Shown here: one piece after another, positions 1-10,120 of the stretch
Layout: each line of letters starts with the position of its first letter
Numbering within the stretch: the stretch's first letter is position 1
Assembly (NCBI GenBank): GCA_963758635.1
Contig: CAVWWD010000008.1
Span: 1,237,078-1,301,077, forward strand
Reading direction: 5' to 3'
Origin: an uncultured Candidatus Rokubacteria bacterium
GTDB lineage: Bacteria > Methylomirabilota > Methylomirabilia > Rokubacteriales > CSP1-6
Length of the DNA stretch: 64,000 bases
The notes under the pieces: generated by a model
The model's input: only the letters and a program-made list of their open reading frames with translations
The model's database searches: none
Told to the model about the DNA's origin: nothing
Program-made: the position numbers and the translations under genes

Positions 1-501
1 GGCGCGCTCGCCGGCGTGGCCGTGGCGGGCTGGGGCGCGCGCCGGTGGCCGGGCGGGCTTCCCGGCGCCCGCGTGTTCGCGGCGGCCGCCGCGGGCCTGC
101 TCGCGTTCCAGGAGCTGACGCCGTTCGACTTCACGTCCTCGGGCGCGGCCATCGCCGCCAAGGCCGCGCGCGTCGAGTGGTGGCCCTTCGCGGCCTACTA
201 CGGAGCCGACCTGCACAAGGCGCTCTTCGACGTCGGCAAGAAGCTCGTGATGGGGGCGTTCCTCGGCGCCTCGCTCGCCGGGGCGCGCGTGCGCGCGCCG
301 GTCGGGTGGACGCTCGCGTGGGCCGCGGGGCTGGAGGCCGCCCAGGTCTTCCAGGTCTCGCACCTGCCCGCGATCACCGACGTGGCGGCGATCACGGCCG
401 GCGCGGCAGCCGGCCGCGCGCTGCTCGCGCGCTACCACCGCTGGGCGGACGCGGGCGAGGGGGGCGGGGCGGCGCCCCGCGTATCCGTTTCTCGACATTG
501 A
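1..501 (+). CDS. VanZ-like family membrane protein (5' truncated by window)
   Basis: Hydrophobic ORF with VanZ-like C-terminal motifs (WWPFAAYY...D...LEAAQVFQVSHLPAITDV); frame open to window edge. Confidence 0.6.
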   Translation, partial: GALAGVAVAGWGARRWPGGLPGARVFAAAAAGLLAFQELTPFDFTSSGAAIAAKAARVEWWPFAAYYGADLHKALFDVGKKLVMGAFLGASLAGARVRAPVGWTLAWAAGLEAAQVFQVSHLPAITDVAAITAGAAAGRALLARYHRWADAGEGGGAAPRVSVSRH

Positions 502-524
502 TCGGCGGGCGACCGCCGTGATAC

Positions 525-1217
525 GTGAGCCCCATGGACGCCCCGCGCATCGCCGAGTGGCCCCTCGAGGACCGCCCGCGCGAGCGCCTGTACGACAAGG
601 GCGCCGAGGCCCTCGCCGACGCCGAGCTGCTCGCCATCCAGCTCGGCGCGGGTGTGCGCGGGCAGAGCGCGGTCGAGGTGGCGCGCGGCCTCCTCGTGCG
701 CCACGGCTCGCTCTCGGCCGTGGCGGCCCGGCCCGTCGTGGAGCTGGCCGCGCACCCCGGCGTGGGGCGGGCGCGGGCAGCGCGGCTCGCCGCGGCCTTC
801 GAGCTGACCCGGCGGCTCCGCTCGCGCAACGGCGGCTCACGCGTGGTGCTGGCGAGCCCCGAGCAGGTGTACGCGCGCTACGGCCCCTTGATGGAGGACC
901 TGCACAAGGAGGTGTTCCGCGCCGCGCTGCTCGACGCCCAGAACGGGCTGCTGCGCGACGTGATCGTCTCGGAGGGCACGCTGTCGGCGAGCCTCGTGCA
1001 CCCGCGCGAGGTGTTCAAGCCCGCCATCCTGGAGCCGGCGGCGAGCGTGATCCTGCTCCACAACCACCCGAGCGGCGATCCCACCCCGAGCCGGGAGGAC
1101 CTCCGGCTCACCCGGCAGCTCGCCGAGTGCGCGCGCATGCTCGACCTGCGGCTGCACGACCACGTGATCATCGGTCACGGGCGGTACGTGAGCCTCGCCC
1201 AGCGCGGGGCCATCTGA
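525..1217 (+). CDS. radC: RadC family JAB-domain protein
   Basis: RPRERL...ALADAELLAI N-terminus, HhH region, VHPREVF and HNHPSGDPTPSREDL...DHVIIG JAB motif. Confidence 0.95.
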   Translation: MSPMDAPRIAEWPLEDRPRERLYDKGAEALADAELLAIQLGAGVRGQSAVEVARGLLVRHGSLSAVAARPVVELAAHPGVGRARAARLAAAFELTRRLRSRNGGSRVVLASPEQVYARYGPLMEDLHKEVFRAALLDAQNGLLRDVIVSEGTLSASLVHPREVFKPAILEPAASVILLHNHPSGDPTPSREDLRLTRQLAECARMLDLRLHDHVIIGHGRYVSLAQRGAI

Positions 1218-1313
1218 AGAAGCGCCCGAAGGGCGCAACCTCTAACCCTCTCCCCTCCGGGGAGAGGGTTAGGGTGAGGGGCGGTCGCACCAGCACGCGG
1301 AGGGTCCGCCGCC
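1214..1313 (+). repeat. REP/MITE-like palindromic repeat, copy 1
   Basis: Hairpins GCGCCC-GAA-GGGCGC and CCCTCTCCCC-TCC-GGGGAGAGGG; near-identical inverted copy at 1876-1974. Confidence 0.85.
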
Positions 1314-1320
1314 GAGCCGG

Positions 1321-1563
1321 TCAGCCCTTCGCGAGCTTCTCCACTTCCTTCTTCTTGAGTCCCTGGATGCGCGCGAGAAGCAGCTTCACCTTCCGTTCGG
1401 AGGCGTGATCAGCGAGGATCAGCTTCCTGGACGTCGTGCCGTTGACGATGTAAGCGACCCAGTCATCCATGGCCGGCGTACCACGCCAGGCGACCGTGAG
1501 CCCGCTGAGCCGCATCCGCTTCCTGCCCTCTACTTTCGCCAGTGGCTTCCGGCTGCCCTCCAT
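1321..1563 (-). CDS. Small basic hypothetical protein (80 aa)
   Basis: Lys/Arg-rich ORF with purine-rich RBS (GAGGAGAGGAAG) upstream and coding-like composition. Confidence 0.7.
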   Translation of the reverse strand: MEGSRKPLAKVEGRKRMRLSGLTVAWRGTPAMDDWVAYIVNGTTSRKLILADHASERKVKLLLARIQGLKKKEVEKLAKG

Positions 1564-1828
1564 CCCTCGGCTTCCTCTCCTCGAGAACTTCGTGCGGTGG
1601 GCCGTCGCGCGCGATCAGCCGGCGCGCGTGAGAGTCACCTTTGCAAGCGACGCTCGTCGCTGTCAAGGACGCGTTTGCCCGCGCCAAATGCGCGTCGCGT
1701 GCGCGCGGCTCGCGGCGGACCGCATGAATCCGCTACATTCTCGTGACGATCCTCGCGGTGGACGGCCGGAGCGTCTCTTTTCGCGGACACGCCCCTCGAA
1801 CCGCGTCAGAGCGTCCGTTTTTCGCTGC

Positions 1829-1866
1829 TGTGGATGCCGGTGGATAAGTGGATAACCTGTGGGTTA
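1829..1866. promoter_or_regulatory. Cluster of four DnaA-box-like nonamers
   Basis: TGTGGATGC, GGTGGATAA, AGTGGATAA, TGTGGGTTA in the same orientation; consensus is TGTGGATAA. Confidence 0.5.
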
Positions 1867-1875
1867 CCGCGGGCG

Positions 1876-1974
1876 GGCGGCGGACGTTCCGCGTGCTCGT
1901 GCGGCGGCCCCTCACCCTGCCCTCTCCCCGGAGGGGAGCGGGTTGGATGTTGCGCCCTTCGGGCGCTTCGTCAG
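1876..1974 (-). repeat. REP/MITE-like palindromic repeat, copy 2 (inverted)
   Basis: Reverse complement matches 1214-1313; overlaps the pyrD 3' end. Confidence 0.85.
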
Positions 1975-2943
1975 CTCGTCGAGGATGCGCCGGGCGAGGA
2001 GCGGGCCACGCGTGACGAACCCGGTGAAGTACGCGCACGCGGTGGCGCCCGCGTCGAGCGCGGCGCGGGCCGCCTCCGGCGAGTCGATGCCGCCGGTGGC
2101 GACGATCTCGATCGCGTCGCCGAAGCGCGCGCGGAGCCGGCGCACGTTGTCGAGCGTGGCGGCGAGGAGCGGCGGCCCCGACAGCCCGCCGCTCCGCTGC
2201 GAGAGCCGCGGCTCGTCGATCCGCCGCGTGTTCCCCGCGTTCACGATGCGCACGCCCGCGGCGAGCGCGGCGGGCACGATGGCGTCCTCGTTCGTCTCGC
2301 GGAAGTCGGGCGAGACCTTCACGATGAGCGGCTTGTCGGTGGCGGCCCGCGCCGCCGCGAACAGCCGGGCCAGCTCGGCGGGCTTGCGCGACCACTCGTA
2401 CACGAGCGCCGTGTTCGGCGACGAGATGTTCATCTCGACCAGGTCGCCGAACGGGGCGAGGCCGGCCACCACCTCGACGTACTCGTCGATGGAGTCGCCC
2501 GCGGCCGAGACGATCAGCGGCACGCGATGGGGCAGGCGCGCGAGGGCCTGCCGGTACGCGGCGAGGCCGGGGTTGTGAAAGCCGTTGCAGTTGACCAGCG
2601 CCGGCCCCTCCGGCGCGTCAAACCGCACGAGGTTGGGCGCGGGGTGCCCGGGCCGCGGGCGCGGCGTGATCGTCTTCGCGGTCACCGCGCCGAAGCCCAG
2701 GCCCATGACCCGGCGCAGGATGACCGGGTCGTAGTACATCGACGAGAGGATCAGCGGGTTCGGCAGCCGCACGCCGCCCAGCGTGATCGCGAGCCGGGGA
2801 TCCGGGTTCGTGAAGATGGAGAGGCGATCGAGGGGCAGCAGGCGGAGCCCGCGCTGCCCGAGCGAGACCGCAACCGGCTCGGGCAACCGCGACAGGAGAT
2901 GCCCGTAGAGGAGTCCGTACACCCGGTCGAGCGCGCGCGCCAT
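1912..2943 (-). CDS. pyrD: Dihydroorotate dehydrogenase
   Basis: KTITPRPRPGHPAPNL, NCNGFHNPG, EMNISSPNT, VKVSPD, GGLSGPPL and GGIDS motifs; ATG at 2943. Confidence 0.9.
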   Translation of the reverse strand: MARALDRVYGLLYGHLLSRLPEPVAVSLGQRGLRLLPLDRLSIFTNPDPRLAITLGGVRLPNPLILSSMYYDPVILRRVMGLGFGAVTAKTITPRPRPGHPAPNLVRFDAPEGPALVNCNGFHNPGLAAYRQALARLPHRVPLIVSAAGDSIDEYVEVVAGLAPFGDLVEMNISSPNTALVYEWSRKPAELARLFAAARAATDKPLIVKVSPDFRETNEDAIVPAALAAGVRIVNAGNTRRIDEPRLSQRSGGLSGPPLLAATLDNVRRLRARFGDAIEIVATGGIDSPEAARAALDAGATACAYFTGFVTRGPLLARRILDELTKRPKGATSNPLPSGERAG

Positions 2944-3087
2944 CACGCCGGAGGATAACGGAGACCCGGCATCCCGCCAAGCACGCCGCCACCGCCGCGG
3001 CCGCGACGGCTCAACCGCCAGTGGCGCGTGCGCTTCCGATGGCGCGCACGACGTGGAGATCACCGACTATCACGGAGGGCAGCGACG

Positions 3088-3357
3088 ATGACGCGCACGC
3101 CGCGACGGCAGGCCCCGGTGCATCCGGGGGAGATTCTGGCCGCGAAGTTCCTGACCCCGCTCGGGCTGACCCCGTACCGCGTGGCCGTGGATTGCGGGGT
3201 CCGGCCTCCGCGCTTCTACGAGATCGTCCGCGGTAAGCGCAGCCTCACCGCCGACACCGCGCTCCGGCTTGGGCGGTACTTCGGCATGATAGAGGCGCTC
3301 CGCGGCAGCACCTTGACCTGGCGAGCGAGGCGGGCGCCGAGCGCCGGCGCCAGGTGA
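3088..3357 (+). pseudogene. higA: HigA-family antitoxin, C-terminally truncated or divergent
   Basis: PVHPGEIL...LTPYRVA...EIVRGKRSLTADTALRLGRYFG; the usual FWLNLQ-type tail is absent and no higB is upstream. Confidence 0.7.
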
Positions 3358-3420
3358 GTACCGTGCGTCTCGCCCGGCGAGACGAAGAACGGCAAGGCGT
3401 AACTCGTGTACCTCACGCCG
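3310..3420 (+). pseudogene. Tyrosine integrase relic
   Basis: Across frames reads LTWR...TVRL/PGETKNGKA*LVYLTP, resembling the catalytic-Lys beta-hairpin of phage integrases. Confidence 0.5.
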
Positions 3421-3475
3421 TGGTTGCCCCGGCCTACGAGCCGTGGGACGTGATGCGGTGTCGGGGAGCGAGGGG

Positions 3476-3504
3476 TTGACGCGCGGCCGGCAAGCCTGTA
3501 GCCT
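3476..3504 (+). promoter_or_regulatory. sigma-70 promoter of tRNA-Val
   Basis: TTGACG-N17-TAGCCT, 9 nt upstream of the tRNA 5' end. Confidence 0.7.
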
Positions 3505-3513
3505 TTCCCGCAC

Positions 3514-3589
3514 GGACGATTAGCTCAGTTGGCAGAGCACTGGCCTCACATGCCAGGGGTCGCAGGTTCAAGTCCTGCATCGTCCACCA
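3514..3589 (+). tRNA. tRNA-Val(CAC)
   Basis: 76 nt cloverleaf: acceptor GGACGAT/ATCGTCC, anticodon stem CTGGC-CTCACAT-GCCAG, GGTTCAAGTCC T-arm, encoded CCA. Confidence 0.97.
3545..3589 (+). repeat. attL (45 bp, tRNA-Val 3' half)
   Basis: CTCACATGCCAGGGGTCGCAGGTTCAAGTCCTGCATCGTCCACCA, identical to 18056-18100. Confidence 0.95.
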
Positions 3590-3596
3590 TTCTAAT

Positions 3597-4761
3597 TCAC
3601 GCACTTAGCGCCCCCCGCCGCTCACGTCCCGGTGCCCGTGTGCCATATACGTGCCATCGCGCGGAGCCTGAAACAGGCAGCGTGAGCGCCTGGACGGCCT
3701 CGGCGAGGTGCCCCGGGGCGAGGTGCTGATAGCGGATCGTCATCCGCGGATCCCGGTGGCCGAGCACCTCCATCACCACCCGTTGGTTCACGCCCGCCTG
3801 GGTCATCCGGGACGCGGCGTCGTGTCGCAAGTCGTGCAGCGTGATCTCGGGATGGCCGATCCGCTCGGCCCACCGCGCAAAGCTCGCGCGTGAGGACCTT
3901 CGGGTCGATCACGGGCAGCACCGGCGCCCGCCGGTCGATCCCGCGCGGGAGCCGACGCAGGAGCGCCTCCAGGTCGCGGGACATGGGAATCACTCTCGCG
4001 TGTCCGCTCTTCGTGTGACGGAATGAGACCTGGCGACGTCCCAGGTCCACGTCGGCCCACACGAGCCGCGTGAGCTCGCTGCGGCGTGCCGCGGAGAGCA
4101 TGACCGCCTCGATGTAGAGGCGGAGCGTGCGCGAGGGCCGGACGGGCCAGCTCCACTGGCCGGCCGTCGCTGGCCGTCGACGATGCGCTCCACGCCCTCG
4201 AGCAGGGCGCTGACGGACCTCGGGCTCGAGGAGCACCACGCGGCCCGGCGGTTCCTTCGCCTTCCGGATCTTCGCCGCCGGATTCACCGTGAGGTAGCCC
4301 CACTCGACGGCGTGGCCAAGCGCGTGCTTGAGCCGCGTGAGGTCCTTGTTCGCGGTGGACGGGGAGACCTCGCTCCGGCGCTCCGCGTACCAGCGAGCGA
4401 TCGCTTCGGGCTTGAGCGCCCGCAACGCGAGTCCGCCGAACCGCGGGAGCAGGGTCGTGTCGAGGATCCACTTCCGCGTGCGCTCCGCCCAGGAGGGCGC
4501 GAGCGTCGGCGCCACCGCGGGCCAGTAGCGCTCATCGACGAAGGTCCGGAAGAGCAGCCCCTCGTCGCGGCGGCCGGTGATCTCCTCCTTCGCGAGGCGC
4601 ACGACCAGGTTCGCGTACATCAACCTCGCCGTCGCGGCGTCGGGGGACGCCTTCAGTCGCCGGCGCTGGCCCGTGGCGTCCCGATAGTCCAGGTGCCACC
4701 ACTTCGTGGTGGCGTTCCAGAAGATGCCGTCTCGGCGTGTGCGCGTGGAGCGGGTCGTCAT
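3597..4761 (-). CDS. int: Tyrosine recombinase/phage integrase (apparent frameshifts)
   Basis: N-terminal arm-binding region (WHLDYRDATGQRRR), SAM-like core, ARRSEL, HTKSG, LHDLRH, LGHRDPRMTIRY; split over ORFs 3622..5037 and 3597..3830. Confidence 0.93.
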
Positions 4762-5374
4762 CGGGTCCTCGCTTTCTTCGCGTTCTTCGCGTTCTTCACG
4801 TCGTCGTCTTCGCCGTCTTCGCGCGGTGGCGCCGCTCCGCCGCCCGTTGCCGGACCGTGGCCGCGCGCCGCGGTCGCGTGCATCGAGCAATACCGTCCGC
4901 GCTTCGCGGCGACGAAGGGCCGGCGGCACCCCGGCCTCCGCGCAGCGGCGCAGGAGCGAGCGCGGCACGTGCTCGAGGTAGGTGATGGCGGCCCAGAGGA
5001 CCGCCGCGCTGAGCGCGGTCGCGCGCGTCGGAGGCAAGTTGGACGCGGACCGCGGTCGCGGTGCTGGTCACCGTGATCGTGAGGGGAAGACGTGGCCCGC
5101 CACGTCCGTCCATCGACCACGCCTCTCGAACAGCGATGCGCAGGACGAGTGTGGAGCTCATGGAACTCTGCGAGGAACGGCGGATGGCGGAATTGCGGCC
5201 GAGGGAGCTCCGCGCACGCGGGCCTCGAGCACCGGCGAGCCAGGCGCGCACGCCCGCGACCAGCGGCGGCGCCTCGGCGTCGCTCGGCGGGTGATACGCC
5301 AGCGCGGCGAGGGCCGCGAGGCGCTGCCGACAGAGGGCGCGGCGGATGCGGGCGTCGCGGGGGAGGGTGTCCAT
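4758..5374 (-). CDS. CGNR-like zinc-finger protein (frameshifted)
   Basis: Joined frames give LRRCAE-xGCRRPFVAAKRGRYCS; stop overlaps the integrase start. Confidence 0.55.
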
Positions 5375-5492
5375 GCCCCGATACTACACAACAATGACAA
5401 CAGGAGCAAATCAGCATTTTTCTCTTGCATACCACCGCCGGCGAGGACATGCTCGGCGCGACACCATCACGAGCAGGAGAGGAGGGACGCGG

Positions 5493-5744
5493 ATGTTGAC
5501 GCGGGGCGGAACGATCCCGGATCTCGCGGAGCGCTACGGGCTCAGCCAGTTCACGATCCACGCCTGGCTCCGCAAGGGGCTCATCGCGCACACGCGCTTT
5601 GGGCGGCGGATCCTCGTGGATCTCGACAGCTTCGAGAAGGTGCTCGAGGCGAACTACCGGCCGGCCGTGGGTGACGGCGTCTTCCCGGCCGCCACGCGGC
5701 CGCGGAAGGCCGCCCGCGTCGCTCGGCGGAAGGCGAGACGGTGA
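5493..5744 (+). CDS. Excisionase/MerR-like HTH DNA-binding protein
   Basis: TIPDLAERYGLSQFTIHAWLRKGLIAHTRFGRRILVD; strong RBS GGAGGG; divergent from int. Confidence 0.85.
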   Translation: MLTRGGTIPDLAERYGLSQFTIHAWLRKGLIAHTRFGRRILVDLDSFEKVLEANYRPAVGDGVFPAATRPRKAARVARRKARR

Positions 5745-6384
5745 TGATCTGCGTCCAGCTCCCGAAGTGAAACGACCGCCGCGGTCGCGAGCCGGCGCCG
5801 TCGTTTCAGTGCAGCGAACTTCCTTTTTGACGAGAGGAGCTCAGTATGGCAGGGTCAGTTTCTTCCTTCAATCGCTTCGACCTACGAGCCCCTGTCCCCC
5901 GACCGGATCCGCGACTACGCCTCCTGAAGGGGGAACGACGATCCGATCGACGACCTACCTTCAGCGGTTCCCTATCGCCGCCTTCTCGCTGAACGACCGG
6001 TGGACGGTGATGGAGGTGCTCGTCGCCTGAATCGCGCACGAGCGGATCTGCAGGTCGCGCTCCGCCAGGCCACGACCGCGCAGGGCAGGAGCCGACGGCA
6101 TGAGCCGGCGGCGCGCGTGTCGTACGACGGTCCGCCTGTGACCGTCGATCTCGACGATCCCGAGGTCATCCGCCCGCGAGTCTGCCGGCGCATCCGGCAG
6201 CGCGTGGGCTGGACGCATCGCGCGTCAGCAGCCTGACTCACTTGCATCAGAGCACCATCTCGCGTTCGAGTGCGGCAAGCTCACGCTCTCTCTCGAGGCC
6301 CGCCGGCGGTTCCTGGCCGGGCTCTGTGTCCTGGCGCTCGGCTTCGCCATCGCCACCTCGACGACTAGACACACACGCGGCCCC

Positions 6385-6760
6385 ATGGTCCGGATGCCCT
6401 TCGGCCCACATAGAGGGAAGCTCCTCAGCGAAGCTGCCGCTCGACCACCTCGAGTGGAGCATTCGGGTCGTTACGCGCGAACTGGCTCCGCGAGGCCCTC
6501 CTCGCGGAGCTCGAGGCGCGGAAGAGGTCAGCAGTCCTCGTCAACCGATGGCGCCGGCCGCGAAGAAGCAGAGTCGTGACGCGCGCGCCGGCGCGTCCTC
6601 GTCGTCGTCGGAGTTCCGCGACCTGGTCGAGCGCGCCCGGCGCGAGCTGGCCCGGACGTATCACCCGACGTTGGCGGGAACGTCGACCTGATGAAGGGCG
6701 ATGAACCTCCTCGCTGACCGATATGCTCGGTCGGAACGGACGACGGCGATGACCAACCAG
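6385..6760 (+). CDS. DUF3820-like domain plus J-domain-like C-terminus (frameshifted)
   Basis: MPFGPHRGKLLSE-PLDHLEW then RRELARTYHPDVGG...MKAMN; end approximate. Confidence 0.55.
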
Positions 6761-6927
6761 CCTGTGTGGGATGTGGAACGACGACCACGTGCTCTCGATC
6801 CTGGTCGGTCGGGCTCCGGGCGAGCACGGCGACGCCTGGCAGCTGCGCGTGTGCGAGACCTGCCTGGTGACGATGCCGCCGGCCCGTCTGGCCGATGCGG
6901 TGGCCGGCGTCGGGAAGGCGGAGCGCG

Positions 6928-9127
6928 ATGCACGTCCATCCTGACCATCTCGTCGACCTGCGCAAGAGCGGGCTCGCCGATGCCACGATCGAGGCGCTGC
7001 AGATCCGCTCGCTCGCGCCGGCGGAATGGCCGCAGTACCTGGTTGGCGCCTTCCTCGCGGGAGTCAACGAGCCTTTGCTGTTCCCCTATCCGGGCACGGA
7101 CGGCTTCTACCGCGTGAAGACTCTTCCCGGCCGTGCGCCAGACGGCAACGGTCACACGTCAAGTACTACCAGCCGCCCGAGGACGGCGCCCGGCTCTACA
7201 TCCCGCCCGCGACCCGGGAGCGCGCTAGCGCGATCCGGGCACCGAGCTAGCTCTACGATCGAGGGACGAAAAAAAGTGCGCGAAGGCGGTCCTAGGAGGG
7301 GCTAGCGCCGTTAGGCCTCGGCGGCGATGTGGAACTAGCGGCACCGAGGGCCAGCCATCGCCGACCTCGACGCGATCGACTACTGGGCGCGGCCCTGCCC
7401 GTCGATAGCCGACAGCGATACGTGGATGCGGCCTGACCTTTGCGTCCGCTCGACGCGCTCGGCAAGGAGTGCGAGGCGCGCGGCGCCGTCGTGCGCGTGT
7501 GAAGCTGCCCGCCGGGCCCGACGGCGCCAAGGCCGGCCTCGACGACTTCTTCATCGACCACACGGTGGACGACTTCCATGCGTTGCCACGGCTCGCCCTG
7601 ACGGACCGCGAGTTCACGCGCACGCGTCACATGGTAGCGTGGGATGGACGAAGCGGCAGGATCGCGCGACAGAGAAGGTCGCGGAAGGACGCGCGGACGC
7701 TTCTCGCGAAGGCGGGCACGATCCAGGTCCTGCACCCGCCCAGGATGTCCACGAAGGGCGCCTGATGTACGGCCTCCCATCGACCAAGGACCTCGTGCTA
7801 CTGGCCTCGACGCCGAGAACTGTGCCGCGCCGACGAGCTCCCGGAGATCGGTCCGGGCCGCGCCACACGCGTCCGGGCCGCTCCTCGAGTGACCCGGGAG
7901 ACGCGTCGCGTGGATTGACGGCGCGAGCGACCGGTCCGTGCCATCGAGCCCTCGACGGCCTGGACGCTGTACTTCCACGAGCACCTCTACCTCCGTGATC
8001 GGCCGAGGCGTGCCGTCTCCAACGGCCCTAGTCCTGGCAAGCTGGGCCCTAGGCACCGAGAGTATCATCGCGCGTTCCGGAACGTACCCCGTACCTCGTC
8101 TTCCGCTCGTCGGAGAAGTCCAGCGGCAAGAGCCGGCGCTCGATGCAGCTCCGCCGCGTGTCACATTCGAAACGCGAGCTCCGTCCAGGACGCGCCGATC
8201 GGAAGCCGGCCTGTACCGCGGCGCCGAGCGCTACAGGCGGGGCGCAGCTCTTCGACGAGGTGGAGTCGCGCAAGAGTAAGACCGAGCGAGCAGATCGAGG
8301 CGCTCCTGAGCGTGCTCAACGTCGGCTTCGAGAAGGGCAGCGACGGTCATCGCAGCCAGGAGAAGCGGGGCGAGCAGTTCGTCGATGTGGACTACGACGC
8401 CTGTATGCGCCGCGCGCGCTCGCCGGCCTGCGCTCGCTCGAGGACACGCTAGAGCACCGCAGCTATTTTTTGTTTCATGTTGCGGCGCCTCCGGAACCAT
8501 CCCCAGAGAGCAGATCGCGAGGGTGACCGCGGCATACCGACTACCCGTGGTCCAGGCCTCTCCGGGTGGAGTGCGCCTGGGCGTGCCTGGAGCACATCGG
8601 CAACATCCTGACCGCCCGCGAGGAGGTCGACGTCGCTCCTCCAGAAGAAGGAGTACGAGGACTTCGACGACCGCCTGACCGATCTCTGGCGTCCGCTGCT
8701 CGGCCCTTGGCCATGGTGGCCGACGTTGAGCAGGAGCCGCCCGGCGATTCGCCATTCCGGGTCCTCCTCCGGGCGATGCAGGCCGCGGGCGAGGTCCGGG
8801 ACGCGGAGACGGCAGGCCGGGTCCACCGCCACCCTGGTGCGGGCGCTGCTGAAGGTCCGGGAGGAGCGTGTGGCGCATTCCCAGCCGGTGGAGCTCTCCG
8901 CCGGGATCGCTCCTGGCAGCGCTCAAGGCCAAGGTGCCCGTAGTGGGACTGGCTCAAGTCGAAGAAGAAGCTGGCCGTGCCTGCTGAACCCGCTCGGGAT
9001 CGTCCATGCGCCAGCAGCGGGTAGGAGGCGGGAGCGTCGCTGGGTCTATCTTCCTGAGCCTGTATCATGCTCCAGAACCTCCAGGAGCGTTATGTCGTCT
9101 CGCACCGACGACGACGAGGCCCCATGA
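6928..9127 (+). CDS. DUF3854 primase with C-terminal DUF3631-type P-loop domain (multiple indels)
   Basis: HPDHLVDLRKSGL, KYYQP..GARLYIP, IEG.KK, KAGLDDFF; then YPYL..SGKSR, LFDEVE, VLNVGFEKG, YAPRALAGL. Confidence 0.75.
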
Positions 9128-9136
9128 GCCAGAGCC

Positions 9137-9290
9137 CATGACAACCCGTGACCCTGTGACAAGCCGCATCGTTGCTGCCCCGCCACTGATGCGCGTTGTC
9201 ACATGGTCACGTGTTGTCATGTGCACAAGAGGGTGAGGGTGTCTCATATCTGACTTGACCGGGAGGCTTTCTTCTCTTTTTTTTTTTTTT
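9137..9290. other. Putative replication origin of the element
   Basis: 26-bp inverted repeat (9137-9162 / 9196-9221, 24/26 match) built of TGAC/GTCA units, directly after the primase and followed by a T-rich tract. Confidence 0.6.
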
Positions 9291-9913
9291 GTCTCCCCGC
9301 CGGTGCCATATCGAGACGCCCCATCCATCATTTTTTAGCCGGAGGAACGCGCGCTGGCCCCCGACACTCTGCAGATCCTGCTCGGCGAGCCGATCGAGCC
9401 GCATCTGGTTAACAAGAAAGGCCGGAATGCGCATCGTACCTGCTGGTCATACGCATGGCGTCTGATCGTTTGCTTCCGCATTGCTGTCGTGCGGCTCGGC
9501 ATCAACGAGGACGACATCAACTACATCAACGTCCGGCCGGCGAGCCTGGTGTCGCCCGCCCAGCGCGAGCGGCTCGCGCTCCTGAGCTACGACGTGTGGT
9601 GGCTTCTCGGCGAGGCGCCGACCGAGCCCGGCGACCTGCAGCCGCTCCCGGTCGAGCCGGACCGTTCGCCGTCCGGAGCGCGGTCGTTTGCCACGCCACG
9701 ACAAGAAGGGCCGCGGCAATGGCCGGACTGGCGGCGACGTACCCGGTCGATCTGCAGCCCGGTACGAGCTCGTGCATTTGTGTCGCGTTCCTGGCTCCGC
9801 CGGACCATGCCAGCGGACGTGTCCGCACGGCGCGGGCGTCTCGGCACGGGGATGTACGGGCTCCCAGTGGTCAGATCACCGACGAGCACGGAGATAGAGG
9901 AAGGAGACACGAC

Positions 9914-10120
9914 ATGAGCGAGTCGACGGAGCGGACGGGGACGTGCGTCTCAGAGGCAATCGCCCACCTGAGGGCCGCGCTGCGCTTCCTCGAGCGGCAC
10001 CGCGCCGCCGCGCGAGAGGAGGAGGACGCGGGGCGATGGGCGCGTTGGATCACCCAGGCCGTCACCCAGGCCAACACCGAGACCGGCGCGACGGCCGGCG
10101 ACGAGGAGGAGACGCGATGA
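9914..10120 (+). CDS. Hypothetical element protein
   Basis: RBS AAGGAG, helical 68 aa ORF, ATGA overlap with the next gene. Confidence 0.6.
   Translation: MSESTERTGTCVSEAIAHLRAALRFLERHRAAAREEEDAGRWARWITQAVTQANTETGATAGDEEETR

Noticed and set aside
3830..3900. Programmed frameshift in the integrase
   Set aside because: No slippery heptamer evident, and the whole element is rich in scattered indels; sequencing error is more likely.
4770..4822. Short tandem GTTCTTCGC-like repeats
   Set aside because: Low-complexity coding tail (KNAKNAKK) of the zinc-finger ORF.
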